Of a stretch of 63,803 bases of DNA, positions 37,101-49,500 are shown piece by piece. The notes below the pieces were generated by a model. That model did not search any database and was not told the DNA's origin. It saw only the letters and a program-made list of their open reading frames with translations. Every line of letters begins with the position of its first letter. The stretch's first letter is position 1. The stretch lies in assembly GCA_016748015.1 (NCBI GenBank), contig JAAOMT010000480.1:434001-497803 (forward strand). Reading direction: 5' to 3'. The translations under genes and the position numbers were made by a program. This stretch comes from Geosiphon pyriformis uo1. Lineage: Eukaryota > Fungi > Glomeromycota.

Positions 37101-40100
37101 AGTAAATGTCCAATAATTTCAGAGAAATCGGAAACTGTTTGGGGTAATTCTTGTTGAAATATATTACTGTGAATAATTCTAATTTCTAAATTATTTAATA
37201 AAATTATGGGGTAATTATTGGGGTTGTAAAAAGTAACTTGGACTTTCTTTGTTCCTTCTGGAATATAAATATTTGAGATCAAAATATTATGTTCTAAGCA
37301 GACTTGTTCATTGGACTCAAAAATTTGTTGTGTGGTTGTTGGCTTTGGGCAGATGTAGATTTCTGAATGTTTTCCAAAGGGTGAGATAGTAATTGGTTGT
37401 GGAAGTCTGAGAATCTGGTGGGATTCGTTTTGTGTATTAAAAGCTATATTAACTGGAATTGTAAATCATCCAGTTGAACCAAAACCTTGGGTTCCTCTAT
37501 TGCTTTTTCCTAATTGTTCTCTTTGATTGACTAGTTGCAAACCCAAAATGTTGATTAGGGGTAGGTAAATAGCTTGGGCAATTTTTTCAGCATGTTTGAT
37601 CTTGAATAGTTTGTCAGTTTCATTTTGAAGCCTTATTGTAATGTCTCCAGTATATCCAGCATTGATTATTCCTCCTCTGACATTGATTCCTTTGCTTGCC
37701 AGAGAGGACCAGAAGGTGATTTGAACTATTGCTCCTGGTGGGATTTCGAGTGCAATTTTGAGGTTGATTTTTGTGAAAGATTTGGGTTTGAGAACAAGAG
37801 TATTTTTGCCTGGATATCTTAGGTCATATCCAGCATCAACTTCGTGTGCTTTTTCAGGTTTTATTCTTTGTCTGTTGTTGTTGAAGTATTTAAGTTGTAA
37901 GACAGGCTGATTTTCGATAAGATAGATGTGTGTTGTTTTAATTTCTTCTATTGCTTCAGGTTCTCCAAATTCAATTTCATTCTCATCATTTTTGCTGGGC
38001 TAGAGGATACTAAGAGTGTAGCATTCAGGACACTACTGTTTATTACAAGGCATAATGCATTCTTCACATAGCCTAATGTTCATTTGCTCTAATTGTTGAA
38101 TTTGAGCTTCTTGAGTTGGGTAGGTGTGACTTGCAATTTGGTGATAGACTTCTACTTCATCTTTGTAATTGAATCCCGCTAATTCCATGGTGTATTCAAT
38201 GTATTCTGCTTCCTTCATTTGATGAACATCTTCTTTGGTAGCTCTATTAATTAATGCCATTGCTAGGTCGAAAATCATCTCGGCATCATAGGAGTAGTGA
38301 TAAAATTTGTTAAGAGCACTGTTGTATGCTGCATTAAAGGGTGTTCCTCTTTTTACTTTTTCTGAAATTGATAAAGCATATTGGCAGGTCTGATCGCAGA
38401 CTCCTCCTTTCATGGCTACATCAATCCAATTACATTCTTCTGGTAGCATATCTCCACAAGTCAAACAAGGGGTGTTATCCCATTTTCCACTTCTTTTTAT
38501 TAGATGGTCTCATTGTTCTCTGTGACAAGCCTTGCAGTAATAACAAGTATGATTCTTATATTCTTCTTCTGGTAAAATACAGGCTCCCATTGACAATAGT
38601 TTCTTGTGGCAGTCTTTACATTTAAGAGGAATATAGGGGTGTTGTTTCCTTGGTTCAGGTTTTGAGTAAAGGATATTCCATCCAGAGGTTTTGGGTTTAG
38701 AGTGTCGGGTAAAATGTTCTTGTTCTGTTTTATCAGCCCAGTTGAACATTGATCCAAGAGCCATGAATGTTTTAATGAAGGGTTTTTCCTCTTCCAGTTT
38801 GAATTTAAAAGCCAGGGTTTTTTCAGAGCATTTGTTAAATATACCACAAGTGGCAGATACCTGGGCATGTTGTCCTTGGTAGGAGATTGTTAACTCTTGT
38901 GTTTCCCAATTCAGATTAGCATTGGCTTTTTGAAGCCAATTATTTCCGATGAGAGCTTGATACTGGGGTGCGTCCATTACAAAAACTTTGACTGGAATGG
39001 TGATTCCATCAAGAGTAAATGGAAAATTGTCAATTTCTCTTACTGGGGTCTTTTTCATGCCATGGGCAGTGACGATTACTGTTTGAGCTGGTCGGTTGAC
39101 ATTTCTTTTCAACTGTTTCATTAACTGGTAAGTGATAATGCTTCCAGCAGATCCATTGTCTAGGATCAAGCAAATTGTCTTTCCTTTGACTTCTGCTTCA
39201 GTGTACATAGCCATGATTGCTTTTTGTTCATTGGCGGCTGCATTGCTAAGCAGAAATGGTAACTCATTTGCTTCGAACTCAAAAGGGAATATATCTGAAA
39301 GATTAGCATTTTCAGCAATTCTGGCTGGTGGGATTGTAGTAGGAGTATAGAAAAAGTTTTGTTGTTGTGTTGCAGCTCTACCTTTCAAGGGTGCAGTATG
39401 GTGAAAATCCTGTTCTTCTGGCATTGTTAAATAACTAGGTTGAGTGTGATAGTGGTTGGGTCTTGGTTGAGTGGAATTTTGGGGAACCAATTGGTTGTTT
39501 GAACTGATTCTATTGTTGTTTACTTGGTATTGGTTTTGTGGTGTAAATTGATTTTGTGTGATCAGTCTTCAAATAGGTACTTGATAATATTGTGTGGGTG
39601 GTTGTTGATATTGTTGTTGGATTGGCTGTGGGGCAGGCTGATAATAGTTATTTTGGTATTGGGTCTTGGTGGATAGTAAGCTGGTGGTGGTGGTTGATAA
39701 TAAGATTGCTGTGGTGGAGGGTAACGTTGATTATTCCTATTTTGTTGGTCTCATTGTAACTTTCTGCAATCTCTTTTCCAGTGGCCAGAGATTCCACAGT
39801 AATGGCAATTCTGAGGCTGGTTATTAGAAAGTGGTGCAAAGTTATTTTGATTTTGTCTTTGGGATGGTTGATATCTTTGGGGTTGCTGTTGTTGTTGATT
39901 AGTGAAATAGTTTTCAACCTTCTTTGTGAGTTGGTCAATTTTTTTCTTAGCTGCTGAGCTGGTTTTTCCAATTGCCAAATTTACAAGTTTTGTGTAATTG
40001 GCCTCTTCCATGACCATTTCGTATCTTTTTGCATGCTGTATGGCAGAGTTTAAATCTTCTGGCACATGTGGGCGAATCTTTTTAATTAGTTTATCTTTTA

Positions 40101-41289
40101 AACCAGTGATAAATTGATCCAAGATTTGAGCATCAGAATAATAATTGTTTGTTTTGAGTTGGTGAATTTGTCTGAGAAGTTTGTTGAATTTCCCAATATA
40201 AGTCATAACAGATTCGGAAGGTTCTTGTTTGATATTTCAAAAATGATTGCAAAGGGTAATGGAGGTATTATTGTCAGTGAACTGTTCAAGGAAGGCTGCT
40301 TTGAAAGCATTTCAATCATTGAATGGGGCAGCCAAGTTTTCAAACCATTCTCCTGCTGTTTTTTTGAGAAAGTAAGAAATTGTTCTTAACATTCTGACAG
40401 CATTCCATCCATTTGCATCTTCAGCTTTAGTAACTTGGTCGAGCCATTTTTGGAGACTGGTCTCAATGTCTTTTCCATTAAATTCAGAGATTTTTGTGAT
40501 GTATGTTGTCATTTTATCTTCTTCGTTTTCACTGTCTATTGATTCTTCTTCAGATATTTCAGGTTCATTTTCTTCGTTCACTGCTGTCTTAAAGTGTTCA
40601 CTTTGATTTTCAGCTAGAAAGTCAAGGAGATTAGAACTAGTTTGAAGGGGTTCTTGTTGTCTGATAGAACTTTTGAGTGATGTAAAATCTTCTGGTCTTG
40701 CAAATCAATTCAAGGGTGAATTAGGCATTTGTGCTTGTGCAAGTAAAGCTAAAAAAGGTGTGATAGTAAGTGGAAGTTTTGAACTGGTTCCTTGTTCAGA
40801 TGTTTGTAAATGGTTGGCAGTTGTTTTTGGTAGTGTTGGAGTATTTGGGGTGGTTTTTGAGTATTGCTTCAATTTGTTTTTGTCTTTGTTGCTTGTTTCT
40901 GTTTCCAATTCAAAATCAATAGAGTATTGAGACTGCATTAGGTATGTTTCTTCACAGTATTTGATAATGTTAAAATTAAGTTCGTGAAAATAAGTGGCAA
41001 GTGTTTTGCTGTTAAGGTCTTCAGTTCCCAACTGTGAATAGTGTACTAAATTATTGTAAAAGTTGCTTCTAACTTCTGAGATATTGTAATTTCCAAAAAG
41101 ATAATTGTTGATGCAGTTTTTAATGTATTGGTATACTGATTTCTTGACAACTTCAATTTCATCTGAGATGTTGAATCTTTGCTTGCAGTGGATGTAAATT
41201 AATTGGTAATACTCTAGAGTTGTTGTATCTGGTGTGATCGCCACTTTGAATTTTGTTGTTGCTGTGTTATTTCCATGGGAGAGCACCAA
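34200..41289 (-). pseudogene. gag-pol of I: N-extension, capsid, CCHC knuckle, PR, CxxC module, dUTPase, dUTPase-like, RT, RH, IN
   Basis: ORFs 40705..41289, 40312..40581, 39751..40206 (CHYCGISGHWKRDC), 38510..39490 (ILDNGS), 38033..38464, 36914..37282, 36362..36592 (YFDD), 34634..35575 and 34247..34528. Confidence 0.93.
37470..37885 (-). pseudogene. dut: dUTPase domain of I
   Basis: DAGYDL, SSLASKGI, GGIINAGYTG, KIAQAIY, RGTQGFGSTG. Confidence 0.93.
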
Positions 41290-41290
41290 A

Positions 41291-42271
41291 TGTTACCAGA
41301 GGTTTTTGGTCTCTTTTCTTAAATGTTGTTAATGTTGTTTTGTTGTGAATTCACGTTTCTAGGAAGTAGTTGGACCTCCAGTAACTGAATTTATCTTCAA
41401 ATTATCTCCTATAATTTGAACTTGCTGGGGTTATAAGTGGAATGACCAATTTCGTGCCAGTTGCTTTATGTAGTTACATTGTAGTAAACATCAACTCTTT
41501 TCCAGAAATTGCTCATCTGGAAGCTCACTAAAAATGTGTAGTTACTTTGCTGTAAAAGTCAATTTTTTTACAGGAATCTCATCTGTAGGCTACTCTAATG
41601 ATTGTAATAAAAAAATAAAAGAAAAATAAAAGAAATGTAAAAGAAATAGAATTTTGTCAAGAGAAACATTTTCTATCCAGGCCTGGAGTCACTAACAGTT
41701 TACTGAAATTGGTAGTTAATCAATTTCAAAATGTTAGTTGGGTTTTGAGAATTTTCCAAGTGCAATAATTTAAAGAATTTGGTTTTTCAAATTATTTGAT
41801 ATTTATTTCTTTTTGTGTGTGTAGGAATGGTTCTAAGTGATAAATCTAAAGTAAGATATATTTTTTCGAAGAGAGATGCTTTTCTTTTATACAACTTGTC
41901 GTAACACTATTCTATGAACTTGAACTTTGCTATTTTCTATAATTTTGCTGAACTAAAGATACATTTTGGCAAACTACAAATTATTTCTGCGAACTATTAG
42001 ATATTTCAGTGAACTATCAATTATTTTGGTGAATTTCTACAAATTTCGGCAAACTTTTGAATGTTACCTAGTTCAGGGTATTGCATGATTTGATCATCGC
42101 AATTAGGTTATATTTGTGTTGTGTACAAATTGGGTTATTAATTAAATGATAATTTCGGACATTTTGCTAATATAATAAGTAATAATTTGAAACGATAATA
42201 TATGCTAATTAATGATAAGATTTATAAGATAATTTTATGCTAAATAATATCTCTAATTTCGTCTGGTAACA
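41291..42271 (-). repeat. 5' LTR of I
   Basis: Followed on the minus strand by TT + TGGTGCTCTC PBS. Confidence 0.97.
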
Positions 42272-44322
42272 CCAGCCAAAGTTGAAAAAGTCCAAAACAT
42301 CAAACAACCAATAAACATTCATGAACTACATTCTTTTCTTGTTTTGGTCTCTTATTATCACAAATTTGTCAAGAATTTCTCCAAAATCGCCTCTCCTCTT
42401 AATCAGCTACTCAGGAAAAATGTCAATTACCATTGGGGAACACATCAGCAAAAAGCCTTTGAAACTTTAAAGGAAAAACTGGTTACAAAACCCATCCTTA
42501 AGCAACCTAATCTAGATTAACCCTTTATTCTCCACACTAATACATCTGGCTTTGGACTTGGTGCTGTTCTCTCCCAAAAAGATGAAGATGACAAAAAACA
42601 TGCCATAGCCTATGCCAGTAGAACCCTTTCTCCAGCAGAACAGAACTATTCAGTCACTGAACAAGAATGCTTAGCAATAGTATGGTCCACCAATTACTGG
42701 AGTAAGTATCTTCTTGGTGTGAAGTTTTTGGTGGTAACAGATCACCAAGCTTTGGTTTGGCTGTACAACAAAAAGAGGCTAGAACACAAATGGATAACTT
42801 GCTGAATACTCCACTTGAATGAATTCGACTATGATATTCAACATTACAAAGAAGCTAATCATTAAAACACCGACGCTTTCTCCAGACTTACCATCCAGTG
42901 ACAAAACAACCCTCTCAAACCAAACCAACTTAATTATTAGTAATTCCCCTTTTTGACAAACATGATAATGGACTTGGATAACTACTCTGCCTTAATGGAA
43001 TTTTTGGGTAAAGAACAATACCCACCGAAATACACACAACAACAAAGAGAACATTTGCACAAACAATCAAATTTCTATTTGATTTGCCAGAACCAACTTT
43101 ATAAAAGAAATAGAAAAAATCCTGACTGCTCCCAGAAAGTCATCAAATTTGAAGAAAGAGAAATTGTGATCTACAATATGTACACTGATCCATTAGCTAG
43201 ACACTTTGAAAAAACAAAAACAATTCAAAAAACTCTAGCTCATTATTATTGGCCTACCTTGGGAAAAAATATTGCTGAATACATCAAAACCTGTGATATC
43301 TGCCAAAGAAGAGAAAAACCCAATCGCAAAGAAGATATTCATCCAATCTCTGTTGATCAACTCTTTAACAAAATTGGTATAGATGTTGTTGGATCTTTAA
43401 CAATAACTTCTAATGGCAACAGATACATTATCACAGCTACCAATTATCTTACAAAGTGGGTAGAAGCAAGAGCCACTTCAGACCAAACAGCAGTCTCAAT
43501 AGCCAATTTCATTTATGAAAATATTATTTGTTATCATGGCTGCCCCAAAGAACTTTTATCTGACAGAGGAAGAGCTTTTCTCAGTACACTTGTTGAAGAA
43601 CTTTGCAGAAAAATGGGAATATGTCACAAACTTTCCTCTCCTTATTACCCCCAAACAAATGGCCTAATAGAACATTTCAATAGAACACTATGTGAAACCC
43701 TAGCCAAAACCAGCGAAGAAACAAACTTATGGGACAAAGTACTGTCTTCAGCTTTGTTCGCTTATAGAACTGTGAATTATAACATAACAAGTTATAAACC
43801 CTTTTATCTACTTTATAGATGAATGGCAACTCTACCAATAGAAACTGACATTAAGACAATACCCTTTGAAGAAATAACAATAGGGAATTACAAAGACACT
43901 TTGCAAAAAAGACTTGGTATCATTCTTGACTTATTAGTAGAAGCATGGATAATTGCCTTTGAAAAGATAAAACAATTCCAAGAGAAGCTTAAGAAAAAGA
44001 AAACATATAAAACACTTTCCTTAAATGTTGGTGACTTAGTTTTAGAATATCATTTAGACAGAGACAATGTCTATGGTAATAAATTCTCTAGCCAGTAGAA
44101 AGAACCCTTTATAGTCAACAAAGTTTTAAACAATGGTTCTTATATCTTACAAGATCAATATGAAACAATCTTTAATGATTGCCCTGTTCATGGCACATGA
44201 CTCAAGAAATATTACAAACGACTTGATTGGTTACCTGTTGTGGTAATACCGACCCAAATGATCAACAAAAATCAGATATAAATAAATGCACTATTCCCAA
44301 AACAGAGATATCTTTAATCGAC

Positions 44323-44979
44323 ATGAACAATTATTTCCTAGATCAAAACATTCAAAACACTTTCTATACTCTCCATGAGTACTGGATCAAAAATTATCCA
44401 AATGTTACTCTGACCATTGGAAAACAAACCACCATAACTGATAACAGTAGAACACATACTGTTATTAGACCAAAGAAAACCACTACCAGAAGAGAAAGAA
44501 TTGGTAGCAAAATAGATAAGTATTTGCTGGAAAGCATAACAGCAGCAATACTTACACCTTCCATGACAATTGGAAAAACGATTAAGGAAATCTTGCCCAT
44601 AGACAAAAACTTGTCATATAAAAGACAACTAGAACTTTATGGTTGTCTTGGTGAAATCATAGAAGAAATGAAGCTCATGAAGAAAACAACTTCAGAAATA
44701 CAAGTGGAAATTTTGGGCATTATACATTTAGATATCTCAAGAGTTTTGACCATTGCAAGAAAAGCCAAAACTCTTATACAAAGATTTAGTCTCTTGGATA
44801 CAAAGCTTATTTTGCCTCAAGTACTATATACTTTATCCATAAAAGACTTCAACAAACTAGTTGGTTTTAAGTTAGACAAAACCCTTCAATTAGAATACCC
44901 TATAAATAGCTTGATTTCACCGGAGCTCAATCTCTTTGGAGAGGATGATGTTATGATTGAAACCCATAATTTTTATTAA
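44323..44979 (+). CDS. Stand-alone env-position ORF3 of G (218 aa from first ATG, uninterrupted), ending inside the 3' LTR
   Basis: ORF 44227..44979 with ATG 44323, ~40 nt after the pol stop; motif similarity to the A, B, E and I ORF3. Confidence 0.75.
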   Translation: MNNYFLDQNIQNTFYTLHEYWIKNYPNVTLTIGKQTTITDNSRTHTVIRPKKTTTRRERIGSKIDKYLLESITAAILTPSMTIGKTIKEILPIDKNLSYKRQLELYGCLGEIIEEMKLMKKTTSEIQVEILGIIHLDISRVLTIARKAKTLIQRFSLLDTKLILPQVLYTLSIKDFNKLVGFKLDKTLQLEYPINSLISPELNLFGEDDVMIETHNFY

Positions 44980-45663
44980 TTATCACATGTATTAGCCACT
45001 AATGTCATATAATTAGCCACTCTATTTTTAGATAGTGATCATTGACCTGATCAATGACCTGACCATTGACCTGATCATTGACCTAATCATTGACCTAATC
45101 ATTGACCTAATTATTGACCTAGTCATTGATTTGATTATTGACCACTTTTAATAGCTATATAAGCAATAAGTCTCTTAGCTATAGAAAATCATCTCTCAGA
45201 CAAGAATCAAATAAATAAAAATAACAACTTTCATCTTAATCACTCTCTTATCACTAATTTCTCTTTCCCTACCTTCAAGTATCTGAACATCTTAGGATAA
45301 AAGATTACTTGTTGGCCTTTTCCTGACGTATATAATTGTAGCATTTGAAAATTATTTGAATAAACATAACTGAAAAGCACAAGTTGATACCTGATATTGA
45401 ATTCTAAGAGCACTGACGTGAGGCATAGAATTATACCAGTGGTGATCAATTGTTAACAGTACGGACTATTCCTCTACCTTCAGATTTCCCAGTTACCTTT
45501 AAAAAGAATAGTGACTGAGATATTTTATGAGACTGATCTCGCACATTGAATCCATACTTATTCAATTTGCTCTTTAAAGTTGAATTCTCCTTTGATTATT
45601 TCCATCACCCTACAATCTTGTTCTTCCTTGCTATCCATTAGCTTGTTACTCCAACCCATAACA
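44949..45663 (+). repeat. 3' LTR of G (715 bp)
   Basis: Direct repeat of 28131-28785 with 60 bp of extra 12-mer repeats. Confidence 0.96.
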
Positions 45664-45791
45664 ATAGTGTTGGAATAAGGATTTTGCAAATTCCAAGTGG
45701 TTTGTTCCTATTTTTTCAGATTCTGCCACTGTTTGAATGGGGTTGTTGGTGCTGGTTCTCTGTAAGATTATACCTCACAGAGAGCACCAAA

Positions 45792-46584
45792 TGTTATAGA
45801 TGATTATTTGGAGTCTCAAAGCAAATAACAAATCTGTAACTTGGTGTTTAATTGGTACTCTGGCATAGATATCTGAAGATTTTATTGATCTGAAGGTTTG
45901 TTGTAGAGTCTTTTGTATAATGGATAGAGATTTAACAATTGTTTTCAGTAGCCTCCCAGAATTGCAATTCTGTCAAATTTCTTTCTCAGCGTGGTGGCCT
46001 GTAATTCTCCTGGTAAGCTATCTTCAAATCTATAAGTGTTTTATTTTTGTTTTACAGATCTTTTACCAATTACTATGACATCTATATCTTAGCACTCAAT
46101 TCTTAATTAATTTAGTAAAATTACAGAAATAATAAAAAAAATAAAATAAAAGAAGATAAAGGAATAACAAAAGCAATTGCAAGTTAGTATCCTATCAATA
46201 GCTGTGATTAAGAGCTATTGTTCCAGTGTAGTTAAGTATCAATTACTATCAACATAAAGTGTTGATAGTGGAAATGAATTTGAGATAGAGAATAATTATT
46301 TATTGATATTTGTGAATGGGAAGATTGCTTAGATAAAATCTAAACTGAGAGGTCTGTCTTTTCTACTTTTAATGCTACCACTATATATACATAATTTGGG
46401 TTCTACGAGATTGCTCACATTCTCAAGTAATGTGCTATAATTTCTGACATTGCTCCACATTGCTGAGCAATGTGCCATGATTTCTGACATTGCTCTATAT
46501 TGCTGAGCAATGTGCTTACATGTTAACTATTACTTTCTTATTGGCCTACTATTTTCTATATTTGTTTTCTTTTTATGAGTAACA
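45792..46584 (-). repeat. 5' LTR of F (type II U3 with type I R region)
   Basis: TGTTACTCAT at 46584, TAACA at 45792, adjacent PBS. Confidence 0.94.
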
Positions 46585-49500
46585 TCATGTATTGGCACAA
46601 TGCATTACATGTTCTTTCTTAACCAGGAATGTTGTTCCACATTCCTTCATTAAGTAACTGTTCTCCACAAATGAGACATAGTTTGTTGTCCCACTTGCCT
46701 TGTTGTTTTGAATAGTCATACCATTCTCAATAGCATGGCTTGTAGTAATAGTGGGTCTGCATTCAGTAATCTTCATCTGGCACAATCCAAGCTCCCATGA
46801 AGGACAATTTTTTCTTGTAGTCTTTACATCTTAGTAGAATATAAGATGGTTCTGGCCTGATATTAGTAAATTATGAACTTTTCCAACCACTAGTTTCTGT
46901 ATTGTCTGTGTTTTCTTCAGGTATGTTTTTTTCTTTTTCTTTCTCTTTTCCTTTGTTTTTTTTTTTTCACTTCCAAGTTGATGATTTGTCCAGATTATTG
47001 TTAGTTCTCTAGGCTTGGTTGGCATTCCAAATAAGTTTTTCCTTTTGTTTTTTTTTCTATTGTCATCCCAGAAGGGTATTGGCAATAACTTATTGTAATT
47101 ACCTTCAGTCCATAACACTTGATAGGCTTCCCAAGTAGGTTTCTTCTCTTCTTTCTTGAACTTGATGAGTGGTGCTGACATGTTGATGGTCTTGAAATGA
47201 CCACACATAACAGGTACTCATGTGTGTCAACTATCCTGGCTAAGCTGTAGTTCTTGTGTGTTTTAGTCAAGCACGGTGTTTGTTTTGACTAGCCAATCAT
47301 TACCAACTAATGCTTAGTACTGTATAGCTTCTATTACCAAAACTTTGATTAAAGTAATAATACCATTTATTTCAAAGGAAAAATCATCAATCTTGCCGAT
47401 AAGAGTTTTGGTTGCTCCATCTGCTGTTATTATTCTGACACTGGTAGCGCAATTAATTCAGTGACCTAATTGGTTTATAAGTTGTTATGTGATGATGCTG
47501 CCTGCTGATCTACTATCCAGAATCAATTTAATGGCCTGTCTATTGATTTTGGCATCAGTGTACATTGCTGTAATAGGTTTTTCTTTAAGTGTGGCTCCAC
47601 TAAACAAAAGAATTTCTAATGGTCCTTCAATTTCAAAGAGAAATATAGCTGTAAGTGACTCATATTCTGTAACAGTGACTGGTAAAATGTTGTTGGTGGT
47701 AAGTAGTTGTGTTTGTTTGGTTTCCAAGTTGTGAGATGTGGTGTCTTCTGGAGTTATTAGGAAACTTAAATAGTTTTGGGAATTCAGATTTTGGGTGTAT
47801 CTGGTTTCTGAAATCTGTTAGCATGATCCCAATGACTGGTTTGAGGAGTTGGGAATTAGTTGGTGAACAACTATTGCTGATTGCTAGTTTTGGGTGGTTC
47901 TCAATCTGGGATTTCCTGATGTCATTTGAGCTGGTAGTGTTGAAATTAGTTAGAGTTGATATATTACTAGAAACTGCAGTTAATAGATAGGTTGGAACTG
48001 CAGTTGATAAATTACTGGTGTTGTTGGCTGATAAACTGGTGGTTGATAGATTGGTTGTTGTATTATAGATAGGTAATTCAGTTGATATAGTTTTGGGTTT
48101 GATTGATAATTTGGAGTTAGAAACCTGTGATCAGGGTTTTGATATTGATTTTCCAATTGTTAATTATCTAGTCTTAACTTACAGTTAATTCTCAAATGTC
48201 TTTGTTTACCACAGTAGTGGCAAACATACATTTTTTGCTGTCACGGCTGATTGGAAAGTGGTTGACGATGTGACTGATTTTGGAAGTGATTCCCATTTCC
48301 CTAATTATTGCATCATTGTGAAAGTTGATAAACTGCTTGATTGTTAACTAAGTATTTTTCTAATTTTTTATCAATAAAATTACTGAATTGTTTTAGCTTA
48401 GAATCCAATTCAGATGATTCATTCATCACCAGGTTGATGGCTTGAACATGATTAGCTTTGAGTTTGACAGATTTGAAATCCTGTATATTGATAACTACAT
48501 CTTGGAGAGTTTGTGGGTGCATTGGGCGTATGTGTTAAAGAATGCTACTGCACAGTCTACAGATAAACTGGTTTAGAATCTGGTGGCACTGTAAAATAGT
48601 CAGCTTGAATTGCTTGAATTTGACACAAGTTCCTGTGGAAATGTCCCAAATAAGTGGTAACTACTTCAGTTTCTTCCTGTTTGATTGTGGTGAAGGTGTT
48701 AGCTAAGTGATTAATACTGTTATTATTACTGAAATATTTTAAGAATGCAATTTTAAATTTCTGAAATGTTTGAGGTTTGGTGGCTAAACTTTGATATCAT
48801 GAGTTGGCAATATCCTGTAAAAAATAGGGAATGGCTTGGAGTGCCCTGGTGTTATTTTATTTGTTAGCTGTAATGGCTTTTTCTACATCTTTCAGCCACA
48901 CTTGTGTATCATCTTCTTTGCTTGTGAATTTCTTGAGTTTTGCTATTGGAGTATAGGCTATTGGATCCTTATTTGGTTGTTGTGGTGGTTGAAGGAGTAG
49001 TGATTAAGATGGTATTGGTGGCTGTTAAAGTTGTTTAGCAATCAGATCAATTGGTTGCTGATTGATGACAATTTCTGGAGGTACATTTCTCTAATTAATT
49101 AACTCAGAATTCGGATTATTCAGAGTTTGCTGGGTTTAAATATTCGGGGTTTTAATTTCCAAATTTTCTGCAATTAGATTTTAATAATTAAATTCTTGAT
49201 TCTCTTCTTCCTCTTTTTTTGATGTCATTATCTCTCAAAAACTTGTGTTTCCAAAATCTGGTTGAGATAATAGTGATCAGAATCCTGATGGCATTGGCAA
49301 TTGTGATTTAAATTCTTTAAAGTAATTGCTGTAGGTTCCTAGTAATTCTGCTTTCTTTTGTTTACTTTGAAATAAGAGTCATCCAAATGTTGATGTCGTG
49401 TTTGATGTGGATACATCTGCTGAAAAGATATTGATGGCATTTCCTGGTGTATAATAGTATAATAGATTGGTTGGTGATTCAACTTTGGTTTTCTTCCAAG

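Larger units (their letters stand above)
32428..42271 (-). mobile_element. Complete Ty3/Gypsy element I (family 2, dUTPase-bearing), TSD CCAG, inserted in the RT of G
   Basis: 981-bp LTRs 32428-33408 and 41291-42271; CCAG at 32424-32427 and 42272-42275; PBS 41279-41288; PPT GAGGAGAAGATTA. Confidence 0.97.
30387..44281 (+). pseudogene. pol: pol of G (PR 30820-31185, RT 31857-32427 continuing at 42272, RNase H, IN 42953-44281), split by element I
   Basis: ILDS protease, VYLDDIMVYS, IFPDP|AKVEKV rejoined across the TSD, integrase ORF 42953..43822; stop TAA 44279-44281. Confidence 0.92.
28131..45663 (+). mobile_element. Complete Ty3/Gypsy element G (family 3, no dUTPase), TSD ATAG, carrying nested element I
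   Basis: LTRs 28131-28785 and 44949-45663; ATAG at 28127-28130 and 45664-45667; PBS 28792-28808; PPT GGAGAGGATGA. Confidence 0.97.
20867..46584 (-). mobile_element. Ty3/Gypsy element F (family 1): 5'LTR 45792-46584, PBS 45773-45789, gag (split by G), PR, CxxC, dUTPase, RT, RH, IN
   Basis: ORFs 27332..27718 and 26663..27079 (gag), 25826..26098 (PR ILDS), 23987..24556 (dUTPase), 22541..22930 (RT YLDD), 21637..21993 and 21055..21417 (IN). Gag is contiguous across G. Confidence 0.93.

Noticed and set aside
39655-39665. Programmed frameshift between gag and pol of I
   Set aside because: Best explained as a 1-bp loss in CCC(C)AA (restoring PQYQNNYYQP); no slippery heptamer. A consensus is needed to be sure.
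44227-44979. env gene or chromodomain
   Set aside because: No signal peptide, TM helix or furin/fusion pattern, and no chromodomain aromatic-cage motif (YLVKW) is visible.
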